Source: a virus
DNA: 64,000 nt
Strand: one strand, 5' to 3'
IMG/VR virus record: IMGVR_UViG_3300034066_002191
Part shown: positions 19,405 through 29,130 of the stretch, one piece after another
Position numbering within the stretch: position 1 is the stretch's first letter
Layout: each line of letters starts with the position of its first letter
Position numbers and translations under genes: made by a program
Notes under the pieces: model-generated
What the model was told of the DNA's origin: nothing
Seen by the model: only the letters and a program-made list of their open reading frames with translations
Database searches by the model: none

Positions 19405-22400
19405 TCAATAGTTTGTTGGCTCCTCTCGATTTGTCAAATCGCCCTTTCCTCCTAGAGTTTTGACAAAAAGTTCGGTGAACCTTTCCATTTTAACTGGGTG
19501 AACCGATGCTGGATGTTGGTTAATTGCATTTCTGAGAGTGTTCAGTTCGTTCCATTCTTCCTGGGAAAGCATGATTTCCTTCGTATCATCCATTGCATTA
19601 TAGCACACAGCCATATTATGTATGAGGTTCTTAACCATATCTTAAGATTTCAAATCTTCAAATTGAATTCTGAAGATTTGCCCATCACAATCTTTGTAAT
19701 AAAGTTGATTGGTCGGTTTGTCCCAACCAATGTCCTCTGGTTTAATATGATCCAAAAATTCTTCCAGTGTGTATTTTTCTGTTTCTCTACGAAAAAACCA
19801 GACATCAAACGGTTTGTTGTCTGGATTCATTACTATTTTTCCATCAAAATTTTTTGGAATCAAAATAGACCTCCAAAGAAAGACGAACCTCCACCACCTT
19901 CTTTTTTCATTCTGTCTGTAATTTCTTCTATTTTATCGGAGAATTCTTCCATTTTTACAATACGATCAATTCCAATCAAAAGTTCGGAAATGCTATGGCT
20001 AATAGTAGATTTTTCTGATCGTGCTGCATTTGCCAGAGCGGCACGAAGATAACTCTGTGCTTCTTCTAGATTTTCTTTCACATTCTTTGATAATGCCACA
20101 AAATTCTCCTTAACTACATTAATATTTTATCACATCATAAAAATAAGTAAAGTGCGGTTGTCCGCACTAAACCTTTCGAAGTTCAAACGAACCATCACCG
20201 CGATCAATCCATTCCAACTGATCATTTTCTTTCCAACCAACTTTATCTAAGAGGTCATCTGGAAGATTAATGAAACAATCTCCTGTGAGGCCATCGAGCT
20301 CCACCGGAAGAATCCACTTATTCGTGCTTTGTTTGTCTTCCTTAATCCAAAATCCATCTGCAGTCATAGTCCACCCATCAGCAATAATTTCGTCATATGT
20401 TTTTTTATTTTCTTCTGGATAATAATATTCTTCAAAAAAATCATTCCAATCGTTATTAGGTCCGTCATGATACTCTCTTTCTTGAAGTGCAGCCTGGCAA
20501 CCATCTATTTTATCATTATCATTTAATAGAGCAAGGAACTCATATGCCCTACCACAAAGATGTTTATGATAATAATAATTTTCTTCTACTACTTTTTTAA
20601 TTTGTTCGTATATTTCTTCTGGGGGCACATCACTATCAAGTGCATCAAGGAATATGTCCCCAAAATTATTGTAAAAGACTTCGGTGGTAGTTTTCATGAT
20701 CAAGTATCCAATTCAAAATTAATCATTGTAGTGTTTTGTTCTTGTAACAAATCAATTTTATTTTGGAGTTCATAGATAACATTGGAAGTTTCCACTGATT
20801 CTTTCTCTAAAACTTCAATTCTTTTTATGAGATTAACGATCGTATCCATCAAAGAGTACTCTACACCAGTAACTTCATCTGTAATTTTTGCATATATGTT
20901 TCCGTAATCTTTCAGAAAATTCATGGCTTTTTAATTTGACGAAATGGAATGTTAAGAGTATCTTCGTATTTTAGTGGACAACCTTCAGTTGAACCATACT
21001 TTGATACCCATTTACTCAATAGCATCCTAGCATATTCTGAGCGAATTGAAAATGCTTCTGTTCTGGTTTGGAAGTATTCTCTGGATTTTTTTGGATATGT
21101 TTCTGCCTCTTCGAGCGTAGAATATTCTAACTGCATGAGAGAAAACAAGAAACTATTTTTATTGTTTTCAGTAGGATTTTCTACTAAAAAATCAATCATT
21201 TCCAACATAATAAATTTTTTTCTCAGGGTTGTTGAGTTGTTTTTTAATGAATTTGGTCGCAGATTCTAATGAATAAAATTTAATTACCTTTGGGAATAAT
21301 TCCATCTCCATAAAATTAAACCAAAAAAACAGTTTTTTATATTGTGGAAAAAAGCAAATTTCCCCACTTAAATCTGATTTTTCTACTATTCGATATTTCA
21401 TTGAGGTTGAATGATACCTGGCCTAGTATACTCTACATCATTCCAATGACGAATCACTCCAGCAACAATGAAACAATTTGTAATCAAGTAAGTCAAAAAA
21501 ATTACAGTTCGTATTACTGCGATAATATCCGATTCTCGATCGCATTTTGATGACTTTTCTCCAAGAGACTTTGCCCACCACCTAAAAATAGTTTTTGGTT
21601 TTTTCATTTTTTATTAGAATTTTTACCTAATTCCCAAGCAGTTTTCAACCAATCAATCATAATTTTTTGTTTCCTAAACGGATCTGGACATTGGATATCA
21701 CCAAAAAATCTTTCGGATCTACTAGAAAAACTTTCTATTTCGTAAAACCAATCATCAAAATCATCATACATTAGTATTATCTCCTTTTCCTCTTGGTTCT
21801 GTTTTCGATATTCTACAATCTTTTTTATTTAACATATACCTAGAAATATATTTGTCCAAATGCTCTTGGCAAACAAAAAAGCAAGTTTTTTCTTCTTTTA
21901 TATCTTTATGTACAAGTGTCAAAGGAAAGGTTTCATGAAAAGGCAAAGTGTCCAAAACTATTTCTTCTTTTGGTTTTTCTCTTTTACTTTGAGGTTTTAC
22001 TTTAACTGGTTTTTTGTTTTTCATTTAAAACAGATTGATAATAACGATTGTAAGCAAGAAAACGATTCATACTAGGAATCACTCCTAATGATTCACAACA
22101 TCTAATATAAGAAACAAATTCAAACCAAGGTGAGGTGGGATCCGTATCATTCATAATTTATAATCTATTTCTCCACCATAAGTAGACATTTCTTCCCAAC
22201 CTTCCTGTAGTCCTTTTAGGTAAAATCGAGTTGCATGAATACAATTTTCTTCGGTGAGACTTGTAATTAATCCTTTTCCTTCTTTGTCATAACTTTTCCA
22301 TGTTCCCCATCGTGCCTTTTCGATGTAAAAGGCACTATCATCAATCCAATTCTTTTGTTGTTCCATAATACATCATGTCCTCACGGTAACGAGTAATAAT

Positions 22401-24160
22401 AGCAGAAGCAAATTCGACAAAACTGTCCATATTATTTTGAAGTTGCTCTTGACTTTCATCAAAATTATTTGTAATATTCTCAATCATCTCTTCACTGGGA
22501 AGTTGCGACATAAGAAGAGAAAGCGCAGCAATTAAATACGATGCAATATTGTGTGCTGGACTCACATCTCGCATTGCGAGAATTGCATCAAATGTACTGG
22601 GAATTCCCTGTTCTTCGTCTCCATCTTCATCCGCACCATAAGAAGCAATAGCTCCCATACCACAAACCCAAATCAATTCAAAACACATGAAATTTTGATC
22701 GTCTGGAGAAATCACGATTAATTGGTCTTTAGTTGGAACAATCCCATTTCGCAAAGAATCGAAAATATACTCTGGAATTTCTTCTAATTCAAAATCAGGT
22801 GGAATACATTCTTTGAGATCATGACGATGCATGAGACATTGAATAAAATCATAAGTAAAATCAGTAATTTCTTCTCCTTCCTTTTTAATCTCGTTGATAC
22901 GAGATTGGAGAGATTTTAGGTCAAGTGAATTGGACTCAGTGCTCATTGGTCTTTATTTTCAGATTCTACATTAACATGGATTGCCCGACCTGTCAACTCC
23001 TTATGGAGCTCCAACGCCAACCTATCATATTTCCACTTCATAAGTAAGTTTGTGATTGGATTTTTTGGATGAAAACGAATCATCCAATATAGTCTTTCAA
23101 TTCTGATTAAGAATAATTTAAAGATAAGATTGATAGCATCAGAAACATTTTTGTCTACTATCATCATATAAACAATTATTCCAAAGAAAACTAAAAGAGT
23201 AGAATAATAAATTTGCATTTGTTAAAGTTTTGAATTGCCATCTAATGTGTGTCTGATGTTTTGGAGATATTCCAACACAAAATCTTGCCAAACTGTGAGC
23301 TCTTGATCACATTGAAGTTTTTTTGCCCGCATTCGGATTTCACTGTGAGGAGTTTGAATGTCTTCAATAAAAAGATCAATCGCTTCGAGTTGTTTACTTT
23401 GTGTTTTCATTTTTTGTTTTGACTATAACTGGACAACTTGGAATAACTTTTTTAATTTCTACTAAAATTTCACTTTTTTGTATTGGTGTGAGTCCAACTA
23501 TTTTTTGTAGTCTGTCAATAATTTGGAGTGCCTGAGAGCAACTTATTATGGTTGCCGATAACAACACAACCATGTTTTTTCCTAATTCTATTTCTATTTA
23601 ATCTCTTCGCATTGAATCATCATCATTTCTGAAGAAATTATAAAGATCATCAACCGACATAGAAGAATCCAAATGGGTGGATGGATCTGGATTACCTATG
23701 TCCATAATCTGCATAAATTCGTCTAGGCTCCCTTCTTTTCCCCTACCCTGTACGGCAATTCTCCTTGCTTTTCTGATAATTTCAGCAGCTGATCGATTCG
23801 CCTTTGACCATTTTTCAGCAAATATCATATCTTCTAGACTGACTTCTTCTCCTCTCTCAATTTTTCTTGCAATATTTTCCAATTTAAGTCTAATTTGAGT
23901 TGAGAGCATAATATTCTCCGATTAAAAAATATTTATTCGATGGATTTTTTTCTAGTGTGTTTTATTTTAACACGAGAAGATTCGGATTCAACAAATATTG
24001 TGCCAATTCCAGGAGTGGCTCTGTGATTTTCAATGAACTTTTTTGCCTGTAGTTCCGTATTTACGATTTCTAATTGCTGATTATTAAAAATGATCATTAG
24101 CTGCTTTTTCCCATAAGGAATTGCAGCATAATGATCTTGCGTGATAAATCCTTTTTTCAT
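19405..24160 (-). other. Accessory region of about 18 small hypothetical ORFs
   Basis: Dense, co-oriented, often ATGA-coupled 50-200 aa ORFs with no recognisable function except the one listed separately. Confidence 0.55.
20167..20703 (-). CDS. Hypothetical protein with C-terminal AbrB/MazE-like domain
   Basis: INLPDDLLDKVGWKENDQLEWIDRGDGSFELRKV. Confidence 0.6.
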   Translation of the reverse strand: MIMKTTTEVFYNNFGDIFLDALDSDVPPEEIYEQIKKVVEENYYYHKHLCGRAYEFLALLNDNDKIDGCQAALQEREYHDGPNNDWNDFFEEYYYPEENKKTYDEIIADGWTMTADGFWIKEDKQSTNKWILPVELDGLTGDCFINLPDDLLDKVGWKENDQLEWIDRGDGSFELRKV

Positions 24161-24525
24161 GTTATATTTTTTCGTGGTCTATAAACTTTCAATTCTTGTT
24201 TTACCATTTGAGTTCTCCACTCTTCAATTTGATTAAATCTTTCCTCCGTATAAAATTGTTGCTTTGGATACCATTCATAAAAAGCTGTATGTGCCTTTGA
24301 CCTATTGCAAGATTCACATGCACATATGACATTAGTGATGTGATCGGTACCTCCCTCTGCTTGTGGGATCACATGATCTAATGTTAAATTTTCTTCACTT
24401 CCGCAATAAGCGCATTTATGTTCCCACTTTTCTCGGATTGATTTTCTCCATAATCTTCTTGCTTCTTGTGGAGATGATGTTTCTAAATTGTAAAGGTAAT
24501 CTTCTGATGAATTGTAAAGTTGCAT
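24157..24525 (-). CDS. HNH endonuclease
   Basis: CAYCG...LTLDHVIP...GG.D...NVICAC..CN..K. Confidence 0.9.
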   Translation of the reverse strand: MQLYNSSEDYLYNLETSSPQEARRLWRKSIREKWEHKCAYCGSEENLTLDHVIPQAEGGTDHITNVICACESCNRSKAHTAFYEWYPKQQFYTEERFNQIEEWRTQMVKQELKVYRPRKNIT

Positions 24526-25191
24526 TCTTTAAATGAGAACTTGTAATATCTAGTAATTCTTTTATCGTAATATAGATGTAGATGAATTCTATATGATAAG
24601 AAATGTCTTTATCTCTCTGAAGACTTTGTAGAATGTTTTTTAGCACAAGCACTCCTTGCCCAAGCACGACTTAAACTATTTACATAAGAACAAGATTTTT
24701 GTTTTTCTCCACAATGAGGACAAACAGCATCTGGTGGATCTGAAATGTATCCTTCTGGGGTGTACACTTTCTTTTTTTGATTTTCTGTTTGTTTTCTTTT
24801 TCTGTGATTCATACAATCACTGGTTTTTGTTGTCCTTCTGGGAGTTTTTTCTTATGTGAATTTAATAAGGGAATTTTCCCAGAAGGAAGTCCAATCTGCC
24901 CTGGAAGTTGTTTATCCGTCGTTGAAGTAATATCAATTACTTGATCCATAATAAAGCGATGACGACTATAAGACCTATGATTAGGATCGAATCCAACCAT
25001 CATAATTGCATCATTAACATCGGCACAATGACATATGACCTTACCGTTCCTACGATCTTTCACTATCCAGTATTCGTTCATTGTCTGAAGTATTTTTTTC
25101 ATTATAGCTCAATTTTGGTGTTGTGTAAAGTCCAGGCCAAGTATCTCTAATAATTTCTGCGAGTTTATAAGATGTTTCTGAAGTAATCATT

Positions 25192-26226
25192 TTATCTAAC
25201 ATGATGTCCCCCAAACATAAATCTCATACCATTCAAGATTTTTGCTCCGAAGGATCCGAGATTGCGTGAGTTAAATCTTTCAAATAAGGCAGTAGTAATA
25301 ACAGGAGCGGGAACCCCCAAATCCACAGCGGTAGAAACAGTCCAACGACCCTCACCGCTATCGGATACGCCGCCAGAGAACTGTTTAAGGCTACCATCCC
25401 TGCGTAGCACATCAGCAGTAAGGTCAAGTAACCAAGACCCAACCACGCTACCACGACGCCATAACTCAGCCACCTCAGCAACATCAATATCATAGCAATA
25501 ACTTTCTGGATCTGCCATTGGAGCGATTTCCGCGTCTCCTTCTCTGATATACTGGGCACCTGCATTAGCGTTCTTGATGATGTTAAATCCTTCTGCGTAT
25601 GCCTGCATAATACCATATTCAATACCATTATGCACCATCTTCACAAAGTGTCCTGCGCCTGGTCCTCCACAGTGTAACCAACCATATTCAGCAGAGGTCA
25701 CATCAGATGTTGGATCCGTTCTATGGCAGGAGTGAATATCTGGGGAGAGTGCGGAGAATATCTTTGAACAAGTGGCGACTGCAGTATCTCCACCTCCAAC
25801 CATAAGACAGTATCCACGATCCAGACCATAAACACCACCACTAGTGCCGCAATCAATATACTGGATGCCCTGCTTTGCAAGTCGTTCTGCTCTTTTCCGA
25901 CTGTCTTTAAAATTGCTATTGCCATGATCAATAATAATATCTCCTTCACCACAATATCGTAATAATTCATTAATTGTCTCCTCTACTGTTTCGGCAGGTA
26001 CAACCATCTGAAAGATTCCTGGTTGCGTTCCACTATTTTTATTTTGCTTAACTACTTTAACAAGATTTTCAATAGAAGTTGCAATACCGTTAACATACCC
26101 ACTTTCGTATGCTTCGTTTGCTTTTTCGTAATTCCTACGATAACCCCAAACTTCTATTCCTGCTTTCATCATACGGCGAGACATACCTTCGCCCATTCGC
26201 CCAAGACCAATCAATCCTACTTTCAT
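25192..26226 (-). CDS. gnd: 6-phosphogluconate dehydrogenase (short, decarboxylating)
   Basis: GLIGLGRMG, DCGTSGG, GAGHFVKMVHNGIEYG, DSGEGRWT, FGGH. Confidence 0.95.
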   Translation of the reverse strand: MKVGLIGLGRMGEGMSRRMMKAGIEVWGYRRNYEKANEAYESGYVNGIATSIENLVKVVKQNKNSGTQPGIFQMVVPAETVEETINELLRYCGEGDIIIDHGNSNFKDSRKRAERLAKQGIQYIDCGTSGGVYGLDRGYCLMVGGGDTAVATCSKIFSALSPDIHSCHRTDPTSDVTSAEYGWLHCGGPGAGHFVKMVHNGIEYGIMQAYAEGFNIIKNANAGAQYIREGDAEIAPMADPESYCYDIDVAEVAELWRRGSVVGSWLLDLTADVLRRDGSLKQFSGGVSDSGEGRWTVSTAVDLGVPAPVITTALFERFNSRNLGSFGAKILNGMRFMFGGHHVR

Positions 26227-26429
26227 TTAATACTCCCAAGACTCGTACTGTTGTCTAAAATAAACATCAACTTTTTTTAAATCATCAAGATGGATGTCAC
26301 AAGTATAATTATGATCATCGCACCATTCTAATGCAAATGCATGTATTTTTTCATCGCTTTTTGCTTTATTGACTCCATATATTCTCGCAAAAGAAGACAT
26401 TACAAAATACCAACACTGGTGCTCTTGTT

Positions 26430-27089
26430 TCATTTTTCATCATTAATCACTTTTTCCCAATCTTTTTGGAACAATTCCAATCCTTTATCAGTCATAATAT
26501 TCTTATACATTGCCCAAAATACAATAGGTGGGATTGTAACCACATCTGCACCATTGAGGAAAGATTGTTCTACTTGTCTTACATCACGAAGAGATGCTGC
26601 AAGAATTTGTGTTTGTGAAAATGAATGATCAAATGCCTTACGAATGTTTTTGATAAGTTCAATCCCATCAATTGAATTATCCATCCAACGACCAACAAAA
26701 GGTGAGATATATGTTGCTCCTGCCTTTGATGCAAGAATTGCCTGAGCAACTGAGAATACCAAGGTTACATTAGTTTGAATTCCTTTATTGGAAAGAAACT
26801 TACATGCCTTAAGTCCTTCTACTGTACAAGGAACTTTAATTGTAATAGCAGATGAAATTGAATAGTATTGCTGTGCCTGTGAAAGCATTTCTTCGGCAGT
26901 ATCTGCAACAACTTCAGCAGAAATGCTTTCTAAATTTGAAAATGTGGTGGAAATTTCTCCAATGACTTCTTGAAGTTGTCTACCACTTTTAAGAATTAAA
27001 GTGGGATTTGTAGTAACTCCATCCAATAGTCCAGTCTCATGTGCTGGTTTAATTAATGAAACATCTGCGGTATCTAAAAAGATCTTCAT
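26430..27089 (-). CDS. talC: Transaldolase (TalC type)
   Basis: MKIFLDTAD, GVTTNPTL, TIKVP, NVTLVFS..QA.LA, YISPFVGR. Confidence 0.95.
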   Translation of the reverse strand: MKIFLDTADVSLIKPAHETGLLDGVTTNPTLILKSGRQLQEVIGEISTTFSNLESISAEVVADTAEEMLSQAQQYYSISSAITIKVPCTVEGLKACKFLSNKGIQTNVTLVFSVAQAILASKAGATYISPFVGRWMDNSIDGIELIKNIRKAFDHSFSQTQILAASLRDVRQVEQSFLNGADVVTIPPIVFWAMYKNIMTDKGLELFQKDWEKVINDEK

Positions 27090-27164
27090 ATAAAAATAAG
27101 AACTCATCTCTAATTATAATGAGTTCTTATTAAAGTGCTAGATTTTGTTACGAATTGAAGATAA

Positions 27165-27875
27165 TCAATATTTTTCTAGTGCGTACATTCCATTTTTCTC
27201 CACAATCGCAGAGCAAGTATCGCACCAATCCCCACAACACATATACAAAAGTTTATTAAAATATCTAATGTTGCCGTGATGAATGTGCCCACAGATTACG
27301 CCATCATATTTCTTATCTCTCTGAATACAGTATGACGCAATATCAGTCTCATAACGATTGATATAGTTTTTGCCCCTTACCGTATTCTTAAGAGCATAAA
27401 CCAAAGAAAATCTAAAAAACTTCTCTAACCAAAAACTTAATGGTGTTATAATCTCATATCCTTTATTGAAAATCAACTGCTTCCAAGAACCAGAAGAATA
27501 TTCGGAATACTTATCCCCATGAACACAAAGAAACTTGTTCCCCTTTGAATCTTCATGAACATATTCATCAACCATTCGGAAGTTCTTATGTTTAAAATCA
27601 CAATACCGACGAATCTGACCTTCGTGATTTCCAAGAATATAAACGACTTCCGTACCTTTCTTGATTAGATTCATAATCTGATGAACACATTCAGTATGTT
27701 CTTTTGTCCAACGAGTATTATATTTTTCCATACAGGCAATATCAATAATATCACCTACCATAACTAACTTTTTTGTTTTTAGATTTTTGATAAAGTTATA
27801 AAATTTTTCTGTGTTACATCTAGGTGTTCCCAAATGAACATCAGAAATAAAAACTGTATCGTAAGTCATAATCAA
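27165..27875 (-). CDS. Calcineurin-like metallophosphoesterase (LpxH-like)
   Basis: SDVHLG, GDIID, GNHE, HGD, GHIH, GDW. Confidence 0.85.
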   Translation of the reverse strand: MIMTYDTVFISDVHLGTPRCNTEKFYNFIKNLKTKKLVMVGDIIDIACMEKYNTRWTKEHTECVHQIMNLIKKGTEVVYILGNHEGQIRRYCDFKHKNFRMVDEYVHEDSKGNKFLCVHGDKYSEYSSGSWKQLIFNKGYEIITPLSFWLEKFFRFSLVYALKNTVRGKNYINRYETDIASYCIQRDKKYDGVICGHIHHGNIRYFNKLLYMCCGDWCDTCSAIVEKNGMYALEKY

Positions 27876-28134
27876 TATCGTGATGGTGTATATTCAAGGT
27901 CTCCAAGAATATCTTCTAGCATTACTCCATATTCTTTAAATCTTTTGTCACCAGCAATAAAACATCTTTGACGCATCCATACCGCATCGGCAAGAAGTTT
28001 TACTTGGTCTTCTGTAAGTGTTATGGTTTTCATAGTTAAAAGGTAACTGTTGTATGTATTAAAAATCTTGTGCAACTGACAATATAAACATAAAGAAACC
28101 GAAGATTATGAAGAATGTGAGAATTAATAGCATT

Positions 28135-28479
28135 TTATCTCTGTAGTCTCATGAAAGGACGAGTATCAGAAAATCCATGCTTAGCATATATTCTTCTCAA
28201 TTTTTCACTATTTGGACTAACTTCTATAGTTGAACCTTTTGGATGCTTAGCAATGAATTCTTTTCCCATTTCTCTTGCTCTTAAAGCATTCCTTCTTCTT
28301 GTTTCTGGATCTTTAGTTTCATCAGAATCAAATGAAACATGATGAGTATTATTATCACCTTTAAAACTATTAAATGTTACTCCACTTTCTGGATCATGCA
28401 TTGACTTATATGAATCATCTCCAGAGTGTTGATATTTTCTAGACTTAGATTCTAAAATAAATTCTCTAAATGTTTTCAT
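28135..28479 (-). CDS. Putative capsid-packaged internal protein, possible GNAT-like C-terminus
   Basis: N-terminus MKTFREFILE resembles the T4 internal-protein capsid-targeting sequence; AATAAATA late promoter upstream. Confidence 0.5.
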   Translation of the reverse strand: MKTFREFILESKSRKYQHSGDDSYKSMHDPESGVTFNSFKGDNNTHHVSFDSDETKDPETRRRNALRAREMGKEFIAKHPKGSTIEVSPNSEKLRRIYAKHGFSDTRPFMRLQR

Positions 28480-28507
28480 TTATATTAATACTTTTTTTAA
28501 TTATTTA

Positions 28508-28630
28508 TTATCCCCAGTAAATCTGACCAAGAGTGAATAAAACAAACACAAGAACTGTGAATACCATCATACCTACACCTGCCCAGATTACCCAGGGTTC
28601 CATAGGATGATGTTGATTATTATGAGACAT
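28508..28630 (-). CDS. Single-TM micro-protein (40 aa)
   Basis: MSHNNQHHPMEPWVIWAGVGMMVFTVLVFVLFTLGQIYWG; overlaps the end of the nuclease gene. Confidence 0.5.
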   Translation of the reverse strand: MSHNNQHHPMEPWVIWAGVGMMVFTVLVFVLFTLGQIYWG

Positions 28631-29060
28631 TTTGTTGGTGCTTTTGTAGATATTTAATCATTTCTTCCAAAAGATTTGTATTATCCCCTACCTGCCCCAA
28701 CACCATATTACAATTTCTACAAAGCAATTGACGAACTTTTCCGGTTTTATGGTCGTGGTCTACACAAAGTTTTTTCCACTTACCGTCACCATCAGATTTA
28801 CAAATAGCGCAAACACCACTTTGTTCTTCATACATTTTGGTGTGTTCATCAAGAGTAATACCATAAAGTCTTTTCAGGTCATTATTTTTAGTTCTTTCTG
28901 GATTTTCCTGATGTCTTGATTTCACTCTTACTTTATCGCATTCCTTACAAGATGAATGTCGAACTCCAGTTTTTTTATTACGGACATAAAACTCAGTAGT
29001 AAGTTTTTTTTCACCGCAGGACATACAGGTTCTATACAGGTCAGAGTATAGTTTAGTCAT
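28620..29060 (-). CDS. Free-standing homing endonuclease, Endonuclease VII-domain type (F-CphI-like)
   Basis: CMSC/CKEC zinc knuckle, YGIT, CAIC, VDHDHKTGKVRQLLC.NCN; immediately downstream of psbA, as F-CphI is in S-PM2. Confidence 0.85.
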   Translation of the reverse strand: MTKLYSDLYRTCMSCGEKKLTTEFYVRNKKTGVRHSSCKECDKVRVKSRHQENPERTKNNDLKRLYGITLDEHTKMYEEQSGVCAICKSDGDGKWKKLCVDHDHKTGKVRQLLCRNCNMVLGQVGDNTNLLEEMIKYLQKHQQNVS

Positions 29061-29085
29061 TTTCGTGTTTTCTTTCGTGCTTAAA

Positions 29086-29093
29086 TATTTATA
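29086..29093 (-). promoter_or_regulatory. T4-type late promoter for the free-standing nuclease
   Basis: Exact TATAAATA overlapping the U-tract of the psbA terminator. Confidence 0.8.
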
Positions 29094-29119
29094 AAAAAAA
29101 AGGAACTCCGAAGAGTTCC
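29093..29119 (-). terminator. psbA intrinsic terminator
   Basis: GGAACTC-TTCG-GAGTTCC (cUUCGg loop) followed by a long U-run. Confidence 0.9.
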
Positions 29120-29130
29120 CCTTTATTATA

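Noticed and set aside
28508-28630. psbJ assignment for the 40-aa TM peptide
   Set aside because: Only general hydrophobic resemblance; lacks the GRIPLW and FFYGSY motifs
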